Source of the DNA: Candidatus Latescibacterota bacterium
Lineage (GTDB): Bacteria; Krumholzibacteriota; Krumholzibacteriia; WVZY01
Direction: 5' to 3'
Assembly: GCA_963791045.1 (NCBI GenBank)
Contig: CAWBQK010000015.1
Coordinates: forward strand, 96,001 to 160,000
DNA: 64,000 nt
The notes beneath the pieces were generated by a model. It had not been told where the DNA came from. It saw only the letters and a program-made list of their open reading frames with translations, and searched no databases. A program made the translations under genes and the position numbers. Of the stretch, positions 11,039 through 20,180 are shown one piece after another (the stretch's first letter is position 1; each line of letters opens with the position of its first letter).

Positions 11039-12145
11039 ATGTCGCTCGAAGGAAATCTGACAACTTTTGGACTATCCGAAATTCTCCAATTGATTGCCGT
11101 CCAGCAGAAAACGGGGATGCTCGCGATTACCCGGCAGAGCAGCTCGATGAAGTTGTTCTTCCGAGAGGGCAAAATCGTCTCGACGAGAGACAGACGCCGG
11201 AGCGCACGGGATCCATTCGCCGATTATCTCGCCCGATACGGCATTACCTCGCGCGACGAACTGGTGCGGCTTAATGAAATCAGCACACAGTCCAAGCTCG
11301 ACGTGACGGACGTCATGATTTCCGAGGGTCTTTTCGACGATGAATCGCTTCTGCGGCATTACCACCACCACGTCCAGGAAACCGTGCACGACATTCTCAC
11401 ATGGGAACAGTGCAGCTATCGGTTTATCGCCGGGCAAGAGATCGTAAACGGGGCCAAAATCCATTGTGAAATCAATGTCGAGGGCCTGCTCATGGAAAGC
11501 ATGCGGCGAATCGACGAATTCCCACAAATGCTCACCGAATTTCCGGACGGAGAGATAACCATCCGCCGGAAATCGCAGCCCGGGGGCGATAGCGAACTCA
11601 CGCGAGTTGAGACAAACATATTAGAAATGCTTTCCGAAGACAGGACGATTAACGACATCGCCGCACACGCGCAAGTCCCGCGATTCGATACATATGAGGC
11701 TCTGAGACATCTCAGTGAAAAGGACCTCATCGAGGCGGAGATCAGCAAGGCCAACGAACCCGAATTGGACATCGAGAAAAAAATCGCCGCCAAGCGCAAA
11801 AGGCGCCCGAGACGGAACCCTCTGCCCCTGCTGGCAGCATTTTCCGTTTTTGCCGTCTGCAGTTTGTGGGGCGCGAAGCAGATGACGCCCGTCGTGACAA
11901 AGGTTCTTTCGCTCGACCCCGGCAAGACGGTCACCGCGGAGAAAACCCAACACGAGCGGGACACGGTGGAAATGGAACTCCGTTGGTCGCTTGAAAGTTA
12001 CCGGGCCAGCTTCGGCACATACCCGGCACAGCTTTCAAGACTCGAAGATCGCGGGCTCGCATCGACGTCGCTCCTCGAAAGGGCCGGCCGCTACTCTTTC
12101 AGATACTATTTGACTCCAGAAACGGGCAGATATACCCTCTTGTAA
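11039..12145 (+). CDS. DUF4388 (PATAN-like) protein with a TM helix and a C-terminal GspG/pseudopilin-like segment
   Basis: MSLEGNLTTFGLSEILQLIAVQQKTGML..FFREGKIV; INVEGLLMESMRRIDE; basic stretch plus TM; LRWSLESYRASFGTYPAQLSRL. Confidence 0.8.
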   Translation: MSLEGNLTTFGLSEILQLIAVQQKTGMLAITRQSSSMKLFFREGKIVSTRDRRRSARDPFADYLARYGITSRDELVRLNEISTQSKLDVTDVMISEGLFDDESLLRHYHHHVQETVHDILTWEQCSYRFIAGQEIVNGAKIHCEINVEGLLMESMRRIDEFPQMLTEFPDGEITIRRKSQPGGDSELTRVETNILEMLSEDRTINDIAAHAQVPRFDTYEALRHLSEKDLIEAEISKANEPELDIEKKIAAKRKRRPRRNPLPLLAAFSVFAVCSLWGAKQMTPVVTKVLSLDPGKTVTAEKTQHERDTVEMELRWSLESYRASFGTYPAQLSRLEDRGLASTSLLERAGRYSFRYYLTPETGRYTLL

Positions 12146-12178
12146 CTTTTCCGCGTTGGCTCATAACCCTCCCCCTCG

Positions 12179-13132
12179 TTGTCAATTGTGCGTATTGTTA
12201 TCCGCATATGTGATTTCTTGTTCGTCTGCCGCCCGGTCATTCTGATCCCGGCGTGGAGCTTCTATTTGATAGGCGCCGCGGCCGGCCTCGACTCGCATAC
12301 CCACCCACGCGCTTTCTTCCCTTCACCGCTGACTGCGGCGTGTTTGACGGCGATTCTGGTGACGGCGTATCTCCTCAACCAGGTTTTTGATACCGAATCC
12401 GACACGCGCAACAACAAGTGCCTTTTCATCGCGCGGGGCGTGTTGGGGACCCGCACGGTCGTTTTTATGGCCGTGGGTTTCTTCCTCGCCGCATCCATCG
12501 CGTACCGGAGGGTCGACGCCATCCACCGCATCCCGCTCTTCGTCGCGCTCTTGCTTGCCCTATTGTATTCGCTTCCGCCGGTTCGGCTTTGCGCAAGACC
12601 CTTTTTCGATATGTTCGCCAACGCCATCGGCTACGGGGGCGTCGCCTTTGTACTCGGCTTCAACGCGTACGACCCGTCGATAACCGGCGCCGCATGGATT
12701 GCGGCCCCGTATATCCTCCTGGTCGCGGCGACGTTTGTTCACACGACGATTCTCGATTACGATGGGGACCGCGAAGCGGGGAAGATTAGCACCAGCGTCT
12801 TGATCGGGCTTGGGGCTTCGACGTACCTGGCGGGCGCGCTCCACGCGGCGGCGTTCATCATCGCGCTCCTGGCGGGAAAACCGGCGGCGATAATCGTCAC
12901 GGGAGCAACGCTCCCGGTTTTGTTCTACACGTTCGTCAAACGAACACAGCGGGCCAGCTCGTTTCTCATCCAGGCAAATACGCTCGTTGTCACCATCGCC
13001 GCGGCGGTAGCATGGCCGCTGTATCTCGCCATCGTGGTACCGCTCATTTTACTTTCGCGTTTTTACCATGCGCGGCGATTCGGGATCATCTATCCCGGCC
13101 CCGGAACGAGAGATTCTTCGCGAGCGGAGTGA
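12179..13132 (+). CDS. UbiA-family prenyltransferase
   Basis: Highly hydrophobic, with two Asp-rich motifs NQVFDTESD and TILDYDGDREAG, plus LYSLPPVRL. Start may be GTG 12188. Confidence 0.85.
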   Translation: MSIVRIVIRICDFLFVCRPVILIPAWSFYLIGAAAGLDSHTHPRAFFPSPLTAACLTAILVTAYLLNQVFDTESDTRNNKCLFIARGVLGTRTVVFMAVGFFLAASIAYRRVDAIHRIPLFVALLLALLYSLPPVRLCARPFFDMFANAIGYGGVAFVLGFNAYDPSITGAAWIAAPYILLVAATFVHTTILDYDGDREAGKISTSVLIGLGASTYLAGALHAAAFIIALLAGKPAAIIVTGATLPVLFYTFVKRTQRASSFLIQANTLVVTIAAAVAWPLYLAIVVPLILLSRFYHARRFGIIYPGPGTRDSSRAE

Positions 13133-13964
13133 GGACGGAAAGCCCGTTTATCACCCGGCACTTCATCTCCTCGAACCAGAAGAAACCGGAACGCTCGAGC
13201 TTCCAGCCCAAAGAAACAGTCGTATCAATGATGTACACGCCGTTTCGACGCAGGCAGAACCAGTCCACGTATTCGTTGGTGTGACGCGGATACAACGAGA
13301 AGGCGCCCGTGTACCCGGCCGCTTCGACCGCGGCCCGGCTCGGCCCGTCGTACCGGCCGAACGGGTACGAGAAACTCAAAACCTCAACGTCAGTGCGATC
13401 GCTTATCATCTTGCGGGAGTCGACGATTTCCGCCTCAAGCTCTCCACCAGACAAACGGGTCACGTCCGCGTGCGACATGCCGTGCGATCCGAACCTGGCC
13501 CCACGCCGGGCCATTTCCTCCACCTGGTCCCAGGACAGATGAGCGAACGGCGGACGTCCGAGGGAGAGATCCCAGGTGTTCTCCTTCCCCGCAAAATCCG
13601 CAACGAGAAAAACGAGCGCCGGAATCCCGCGGGGGACAAGATCCTCGACGAACACGTCGAAGAGTTCCTGATAGCCGTCGTCGAATGTCAGCAGGATTTT
13701 TTTGGCATTTGCGGGTATACGGCGCAGGAGTGAGTCGTAGTATTCCTCTTCGCCGATGAACGTGTACCCGCGGTCGATGAGAAAGTCGAGCTGTTCGACG
13801 AACCTGCGGCGGGGCATCCACGTACCTTCAAAACAGAAACTGTCGCTGAATTTGTGATAGCACAGAACACGCGGGACGTCTTCCGGGGGAAAGCGATACC
13901 GGGACCTCCACCTCATATAGAGGAGCGCCAGAATAGCGACGACTATAACGGCAAAGGCGATCAT
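13086..13964 (-). CDS. Polysaccharide deacetylase (NodB/CE4) with N-terminal membrane anchor
   Basis: VLCYHK, LTFDDGY, FGSHGMSH, FSYPFG. Confidence 0.9.
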   Translation of the reverse strand: MIAFAVIVVAILALLYMRWRSRYRFPPEDVPRVLCYHKFSDSFCFEGTWMPRRRFVEQLDFLIDRGYTFIGEEEYYDSLLRRIPANAKKILLTFDDGYQELFDVFVEDLVPRGIPALVFLVADFAGKENTWDLSLGRPPFAHLSWDQVEEMARRGARFGSHGMSHADVTRLSGGELEAEIVDSRKMISDRTDVEVLSFSYPFGRYDGPSRAAVEAAGYTGAFSLYPRHTNEYVDWFCLRRNGVYIIDTTVSLGWKLERSGFFWFEEMKCRVINGLSVLTPLAKNLSFRGRDR

Positions 13965-14121
13965 GAATTCCTGGTTCCGGAGCCGGCTCGTGCTCCCCCG
14001 GCGGGGCGGGTCTTACGGTTCAACTTGAACGACACCCCACAATGTGTTAGCGTTGCCTCTCGCTTTATCGTGGCGACAAGAAAAAACGATACTCAAATTC
14101 GATCCTGCATTGGAGGCATAA

Positions 14122-15231
14122 ATGATAATCGGTATCCCACGTGAGATCAAATCAAACGAGGCACGTGTTGCAATGACTCCGGAAGGAGTTAAGGCGGCAA
14201 GCATTCATGGGCACGATGTTTTTGTCGAAACATCGGCGGGCACGGGGAGTGGGTTTCCCGACAGCGATTACGAACAAGCTGGGGCCACAATCCTGGGCAC
14301 GGCGGAGGAAGTCTGGGCAAAAGCGGAGATGGTGGTCAAAGTAAAAGAGCCTCTCCCAAGCGAATACGGATACCTGCGGGAAGATCTGATTCTCTTTACC
14401 TATCTTCATCTCGCCGCCGACCGCAAACAAACCGACGCCCTGCTCGAGAGCAAGACGACGGGCATCAGCTACGAAACCATCGAGCTACCCAATGGGGCGC
14501 TCCCCCTCCTCATGCCGATGAGCGAAGTCGCGGGCAGGCTTTCCGTCCAGGTCGGCACCTGGGCCCTCGAAGCCCCCAACGGTGGACGCGGCATCCTTCT
14601 TTCGGGTGTCAGCGGCGTGGCACCGGGCCGAGTGCTCGTGCTTGGAGCCGGCACTGCGGGTAAGAACGCGATCCGCATCGCGATGGGAATGGGAGCACGG
14701 GTCGTTGTGATCGATATCGATCCGTTCAAACTCCGGTATCTCGACGACATCTACCACGGGCGCCTGACGACGCTCGTCGGCAATGCGGCGAATATCGAAC
14801 AGGAACTGGCGCGCGCGGACATGGTAATCGGCGCCGTTCTTCTCGCCGGAGCGAAGGCCCCGAAACTGATAAAGCGGGACCACCTCAAGAATATGAAGAA
14901 AGGATCCGTCATCGTCGATGTTTCGATCGACCAGGGCGGAATCGCGGAAACGAGCAAGCCGACGACCCACGCGGACCCCGTTTATAACGTCGACGGCGTG
15001 GTCCACTACTGCGTGGCCAACATGCCCGGCGCCGTCCCGGTTACCAGCACGGCGGCACTGACCAACGCGACGCTCCCGTACATCCTTGAGGTCGCTGACC
15101 TGACACCCCTTGAAGCGGCAAAGAAGAGTCTCCCGCTGGCGATGGGTTTCAACACCTACGCGGGCAAAATCACATGCCCCGGTGTTGCCGAGGCGTTCGA
15201 ATTGCCGTTGGGTAAACTGCCGCTGGAGTAG
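14122..15231 (+). CDS. ald: Alanine dehydrogenase
   Basis: IGIPREIKSNEARVA, VKVKEP, FTYLHLAA, PMSEVAGR, DVSIDQGG..ET, HYCVANMPGAVP; GGAGG SD. Confidence 0.97.
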   Translation: MIIGIPREIKSNEARVAMTPEGVKAASIHGHDVFVETSAGTGSGFPDSDYEQAGATILGTAEEVWAKAEMVVKVKEPLPSEYGYLREDLILFTYLHLAADRKQTDALLESKTTGISYETIELPNGALPLLMPMSEVAGRLSVQVGTWALEAPNGGRGILLSGVSGVAPGRVLVLGAGTAGKNAIRIAMGMGARVVVIDIDPFKLRYLDDIYHGRLTTLVGNAANIEQELARADMVIGAVLLAGAKAPKLIKRDHLKNMKKGSVIVDVSIDQGGIAETSKPTTHADPVYNVDGVVHYCVANMPGAVPVTSTAALTNATLPYILEVADLTPLEAAKKSLPLAMGFNTYAGKITCPGVAEAFELPLGKLPLE

Positions 15232-15252
15232 CGGCGGGATTAGTGAAGATCG

Positions 15253-16527
15253 TCAGGAGCGGGTGAGCCCGAGACCGGCCGATGAGGGCCCGAGGCTTAC
15301 GATCGTGTTTTTGTCACTGTCGAGGAGATCCGACGCCGATTCAAGGACGTCGTCGAGGGTGACCCGATCGATTCTGTCGATGATTTCTTTCTCGCTTGTT
15401 TGTCGCCCGTAATAGATCTCGTTACGGGCGATTCTCATCATCTTTGCCGCCGATGTTTCCAGACCGAGGAGTATTTTGCCCTTGAGATGTTCCTTCGTGT
15501 CGCTCAACTCTTCTTCTCCGACATCGCCGTTTTTCAACTTTTCCAGTTCACGAAATACCTCGGCTATTGCGGCGCCCGCGTTGGCGGGCTTGACGGCGAG
15601 ATACGTTCCCACCATACCGGCGTCCCTGGCCGTTTCGGAATAGGTAAAAACGGAGTATGCGTAACCGAGTTCTTCGCGGATACGCTGGAACAAGCGCGAA
15701 CTCATCCCGCCGCCGAAAAGCGTGGTCAACACGGTTAGCGCGAAGCGGCGTTCGTCAAGATACGAACACGCCCTGCCGCCGATACAGATATGCTGATGAT
15801 GAAGTTTTCGCCGGTGATACCGGCGCGCTGGTTGGTGGCGGCCCAACTTCCTGGTGGTGTGGCTCACGCCACCGTCCCGGAACCGGAACGCCAGGTCACA
15901 GATTTGTCGGCGCAGCGCCTTGTCGAACTTTCCGAATACTGAAATCACGATGTTGCTCTGGCGAAAGTGCCGTCGCGAGAATCTGAGCAACGCTTTTCTG
16001 TCGAAAGCGGCAACCGTCTCGGGCGAACCCAGGATCGGCTTGCCCATCGGGTGATCGGGGAACACTTCAGACGCGAAGAGGTCGTGGATGACGTCGTCCG
16101 GCGCATCGAGCACGTCGCTGATCTCCTCCAAAACAACCTGTTTCTCGAGTTCGATCTGATCGGGCGGAAATGTCGAACGCATGAACATGTCATCAAGCAC
16201 ATCGACAGCCAGGCCCGCGTGACTCTGGAGAACCTGTGCGAAGAGACAAATCTGTTCCTTGGTTGTAAACGCGTCCAGGGATCCGCCGATTTTCTCGAGC
16301 GCCTGGGAGATTTCGAAGGGGGTGCGCGTCGTCGTGCCTTTGAAGAGCATGTGCTCGAGGAAATGGCTCAACCCTTCCTCGCCGGCCCGTTCGTCCCGCG
16401 AACCGGTTTTTATCCACACGCCAATACAGAACGCGCGCGAAAACGGGTTGTCCTGGTGCAATACCGTGACCCCGTTTTCGCCCACGTATCTTTTTACGCG
16501 TGGTGTTCGGAAAGGTGTGGAAACCAT
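15253..16527 (-). CDS. M16 family zinc peptidase
   Basis: GSRDE, HFLEHMLFKGT (HxxEH), GGGMSSRLFQRIREELGYAY; usual position after pnp. Confidence 0.93.
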   Translation of the reverse strand: MVSTPFRTPRVKRYVGENGVTVLHQDNPFSRAFCIGVWIKTGSRDERAGEEGLSHFLEHMLFKGTTTRTPFEISQALEKIGGSLDAFTTKEQICLFAQVLQSHAGLAVDVLDDMFMRSTFPPDQIELEKQVVLEEISDVLDAPDDVIHDLFASEVFPDHPMGKPILGSPETVAAFDRKALLRFSRRHFRQSNIVISVFGKFDKALRRQICDLAFRFRDGGVSHTTRKLGRHQPARRYHRRKLHHQHICIGGRACSYLDERRFALTVLTTLFGGGMSSRLFQRIREELGYAYSVFTYSETARDAGMVGTYLAVKPANAGAAIAEVFRELEKLKNGDVGEEELSDTKEHLKGKILLGLETSAAKMMRIARNEIYYGRQTSEKEIIDRIDRVTLDDVLESASDLLDSDKNTIVSLGPSSAGLGLTRS

Positions 16528-16537
16528 CTGAGAAAGA

Positions 16538-18667
16538 TCAACGCCTACGCGATCGGTCTCGGCCTCGATCTCTGTCGTCGGATGAGCCTTCCGGCGCCTC
16601 TTCGAGCGCCTTCTTGCTCAGACGAACCTTGCCGTCCGAGTTGACCTCGATAACCTTGACCTTGAGAATGTCGCCGACTTTCAACACATCCTCGACCTTG
16701 TCGATCCGATGATGCGCGATTTCCGAAATGTGGAGCAAGCCGTCCTTGCCGGGAAGAATTTCTACGAAAGCTCCAAAATTCACGACGCTCTTGACGGTGC
16801 CCTCGTAAATCTGGCCGACCTCGGCTTCGGCGGTGATCTCTTCGATCCGCTTGAGAGCGATATCGGAGGATTCCTTGCCGACAGCGGCGATTTTTACGGT
16901 TCCGTCGTCATCGATTTCGATGGTTGCTCCGGATTCTTCCTGGATTCCGCGGATGATCTTGCCGCCCGGGCCGATGATTTCACGGATCTTGTCGACGGGG
17001 ATCTTGATCATTGTGATCTTGGGCGCGAACACCGAGATTTCTTCGCGGGCGGTATCGATGGTGCCGTTCATGACTCCAAGAATATGTACGCGCCCGTCAC
17101 GAGCCTGGTTGAGGGCTTTCGTGAGAACCTCTTCGGTGACGCCGGCAACCTTGCAGTCCATCTGGAAAGCGGTAACACCGTTCTCGGTTCCCGTCACCTT
17201 GAAATCCATGTCGCCGAGATGGTCTTCGGCGCCCAGGATATCGCTCAAAACGGCGACCTTGCCGTCCTCGATCACGAGCCCCATCGCGATCCCCGCGACG
17301 GGCTTTTTAATCGGAACGCCGCCGTCCATGAGCGCGAGGCTCCCGCCGCATACGGTGGCCATTGAACTCGAACCGTTCGACTCGAGAACATCGGAGACGA
17401 GACGGACAGTGTACGGGAAGTCATCCTCGACGGGGATCAACGGTTTCAGCGCGCGTTCGGCCAGCGCGCCGTGTCCGATTTCACGCCGTCCCGGGCCGCG
17501 GATCGGGCCGACTTCACCGACGCTGAACGACGGGAAGTTGTAATGAAGCATGTAACGCTTCCAGTTCTCACCCTCGATCGTATCGAGCATCTGCTCGTCC
17601 CGCGCGGTCCCGAGGGTCAAAGCGACGAGGCTTTGTGTTTCCCCACGGGTAAACAACGCGGACCCGTGCGTACGGGGCAGCACGCCGACTTCGCAGGAGA
17701 TGTCGCGGATATCCGTCCACTTCCTGCCATCGATACGAACGGCATCATCGAGAACCATCCGGCGCATTTCCTTTTTCTCGATTCCTTCGAGTTGCTTGCC
17801 GATGTACTCTTCGTGGTCGGGATACTGTTCGACAAAGGCTTCGAGCGCTTCGGTGTGAACGGCCTGCATCGCATTCTGGCGATCCATTTTGCCTTTTATG
17901 CGGAGGTTCTGTTTGATCGAATCGAGATATTTTTCTTCGACAGCCTGGTCGATTTCCTCAACAACGACGGCCTCAGGGATCGCGCGTTTCTCCTGCGCTC
18001 CCGTCTTCTCGACGAGCTCACGCTGGAGTGCGTTGAGTTTCTTGATCTCTTCGTGCCCGAAAGAAATCGCTCGGAGAATTTCTTCTTCGGATACTTCGTC
18101 GGCGCCACCTTCCACCATGATCACCGCATCGTCGGACCCGGCAACAATGATGTCGATCGTGCTTTCCTCAATCTGGTCCGTAGTAGGATTGACGACAAAG
18201 TCTTCGCCCACCTTGCCCACGCGCACGCCGGAGATCTCCGCGCCAATTGGAATATTTGAAAGAGCGAAAGCGGCCGAGGCACCGGTGATTCCGAGTACAT
18301 CGGGTTGGTTCTGGCCGTCATAGCTCAATACCTGCGCGAAAATCTGGGTTTCGAACATAAAGTTCTTGTCGAACAGGGGGCGGATCGGTCGGTCGATCAA
18401 ACGAGCGGTAAGAGTTTCCTTCTCGCCGGGACGGCCTTCCCTTTTGAAGAACCCACCTGGGATTCTCCCCGCGGCGTACGCCTTTTCCCTGTACTCCACA
18501 AATAGAGGAAGATAGTCCCGATCGGTCGGCCTTTGGCTCGACACCACGGTAACCAGCACGATGGTGTCACCGTGTTGCATCAACACGGAACCGTCGGCCT
18601 GCTTGGCCATGCGACCGGTCTCGATCGAGAGACTGGATCCATTAATCACAGAAGTGACGTTAGTCAT
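16538..18667 (-). CDS. pnp: Polyribonucleotide nucleotidyltransferase
   Basis: GRIPGGFFKREGRP, RREIGHGALAERAL, ESNGSSSMA, EDHLGDMDFKV; KH and S1 domains. Confidence 0.98.
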   Translation of the reverse strand: MTNVTSVINGSSLSIETGRMAKQADGSVLMQHGDTIVLVTVVSSQRPTDRDYLPLFVEYREKAYAAGRIPGGFFKREGRPGEKETLTARLIDRPIRPLFDKNFMFETQIFAQVLSYDGQNQPDVLGITGASAAFALSNIPIGAEISGVRVGKVGEDFVVNPTTDQIEESTIDIIVAGSDDAVIMVEGGADEVSEEEILRAISFGHEEIKKLNALQRELVEKTGAQEKRAIPEAVVVEEIDQAVEEKYLDSIKQNLRIKGKMDRQNAMQAVHTEALEAFVEQYPDHEEYIGKQLEGIEKKEMRRMVLDDAVRIDGRKWTDIRDISCEVGVLPRTHGSALFTRGETQSLVALTLGTARDEQMLDTIEGENWKRYMLHYNFPSFSVGEVGPIRGPGRREIGHGALAERALKPLIPVEDDFPYTVRLVSDVLESNGSSSMATVCGGSLALMDGGVPIKKPVAGIAMGLVIEDGKVAVLSDILGAEDHLGDMDFKVTGTENGVTAFQMDCKVAGVTEEVLTKALNQARDGRVHILGVMNGTIDTAREEISVFAPKITMIKIPVDKIREIIGPGGKIIRGIQEESGATIEIDDDGTVKIAAVGKESSDIALKRIEEITAEAEVGQIYEGTVKSVVNFGAFVEILPGKDGLLHISEIAHHRIDKVEDVLKVGDILKVKVIEVNSDGKVRLSKKALEEAPEGSSDDRDRGRDRSRRR

Positions 18668-18721
18668 ACAAACCTACCAGTATTCAAAATGAATTGGAGA
18701 TAAATGCGAAAAAGACAGTGA

Positions 18722-18991
18722 CTACTTCCGCAAATTCAGTTGTTTTAGCATTGCCCTGTAGTTCTCGACCTTCTTGTTCTTAAGATAGTCAAGAAGCTTG
18801 CGCCGTCTTCCGACGAGCTTGAGGAGACCGCGCCGCGAGGCGTGATCTTTCTTATGAACCTGAAAATGGTCGGTCAGCTGGCGGATACGCTCGGTAAGCA
18901 AAGCAATCTGAACTTCGGCGGAGCCAGAATCATGTTCATGCAGCTTGTACTTTTCGATGATCTCCTGTTTCTGCTCTGCATTAAGCGCCAT
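18722..18991 (-). CDS. rpsO: 30S ribosomal protein S15
   Basis: [38 protein letters not shown] at 18991 with AAGGAGGT SD. Confidence 0.98.
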   Translation of the reverse strand: MALNAEQKQEIIEKYKLHEHDSGSAEVQIALLTERIRQLTDHFQVHKKDHASRRGLLKLVGRRRKLLDYLKNKKVENYRAMLKQLNLRK

Positions 18992-19014
18992 CGTCAATGC
19001 ACCTCCTTAAGATT

Positions 19015-19080
19015 GCGACACGATGGCCGCAGCCCGAGCGAATCGTGGGGAACAGCTCGAGCCGCTATGATTCAAGTCGC
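19015..19080 (-). promoter_or_regulatory. Putative structured rpsO leader (candidate S15 autoregulatory RNA)
   Basis: Outer GCGAC/GUCGC stem enclosing a GCGGCUCGAGC/GCUCGGGCUGC stem whose G-U pairs work on the mRNA strand; ends a few nt before the SD. Confidence 0.5.
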
Positions 19081-19190
19081 TGAAAACTAACATACGACTA
19101 TTTGATTGTAAAGCAATATCTGTGCACAATACCGCAAGCCACGGACACAAAATCGGCCCAAACACCGGATACCGGATGTAAACCGGGTCA

Positions 19191-20180
19191 TTACCGGCCG
19201 CCTCCGGCGCCCTGGGCATCCTGATTTCCCGCCTGCAGCCGTCTCAAAGCTTCCTTTTGGTCGATTTCAAGCTGTTCGGCCAGGTCGGACGGGGTGTCGA
19301 ACGCCTGTTCCTTCCTCAGAAAGCTGTGGCAATAGACCAGCAGGTGCTGGTCATAGAGATCGCCCTCGAAATTGAAAAGGTGGACCTCGGCTTCCCTCGT
19401 CTCCTCGGGCAGTGATTTCATCGTCGGGGCCCTGCCCACATTCATCATTCCATCGAACGTGTGCTCCCGGAACACCACCCGCACCGCATAGACACCCCGC
19501 GGCGGCCACAGTTTGTAAGGGTCGGTTATCGACAGGTTCGCGGTCGGAAAACCGAGCCCACGTCCCTTGCCGTGTCCCCTGACCACCCTTCCGGAAATCA
19601 GGTACGGATGGCCGAGATACGAATTCGCTTTTTCGAAATTTCCCTCGATCAACGTGTTTCTGATCCGCGTGCTCGACACAATTTCGTCGCCTTGTTCGAC
19701 CGCTTCGACAACTTCAACCGTAAAGCCGAGTTTCGACGCGTCCTTCTTTACACGCTCCGGACTCCCCTCGCGGTCCTTGCCGAAATGGCAGTCATAACCA
19801 AGAACGATGTGTTTCATGTCGAACGGTTTGAGGAGATACCTGTCTAGAAACGCCCGGTATTCAACCTCGGCAAGATGAGAGTCGAAATTCAGAACGAGGA
19901 TTCCATCGAGCGCATACCGCGACAGGATGGAAACCCTCTCCTCCATCGTAGTCAGCAACGGCGGCATCATCTTGGAATGCGTAACGACCAGCGGGTGCGG
20001 ATCGAAAGTGACGAGGTAACATTGATCGATTCCCTCGCGCCGCTTGGAGCGGATAAGCTCGCGCACGATCCGCTTGTGCCCAAGATGTACGCCGTCGAAC
20101 ACGCCCAGCGTTACCGCGCTGTTTTTGGGAGCGATCGCCCTCAGTTCTTCAACCGAACGCGCGACAACGGGTGCTGCCAT
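19191..20180 (-). CDS. ribF: Bifunctional riboflavin kinase/FAD synthetase
   Basis: LGVFDGVHLGH, TFDPHP, VSSTRIR, GRGLGFPTAN, EVHLFNF. ATG overlaps the truB stop (TGATG). Confidence 0.96.
   Translation of the reverse strand: MAAPVVARSVEELRAIAPKNSAVTLGVFDGVHLGHKRIVRELIRSKRREGIDQCYLVTFDPHPLVVTHSKMMPPLLTTMEERVSILSRYALDGILVLNFDSHLAEVEYRAFLDRYLLKPFDMKHIVLGYDCHFGKDREGSPERVKKDASKLGFTVEVVEAVEQGDEIVSSTRIRNTLIEGNFEKANSYLGHPYLISGRVVRGHGKGRGLGFPTANLSITDPYKLWPPRGVYAVRVVFREHTFDGMMNVGRAPTMKSLPEETREAEVHLFNFEGDLYDQHLLVYCHSFLRKEQAFDTPSDLAEQLEIDQKEALRRLQAGNQDAQGAGGGR

Noticed and set aside
19113-19128. Sigma54 site upstream of rpsO (minus strand GTGCACAGATATTGCT)
   Set aside because: Has TG instead of the near-invariant GG at -25/-24.
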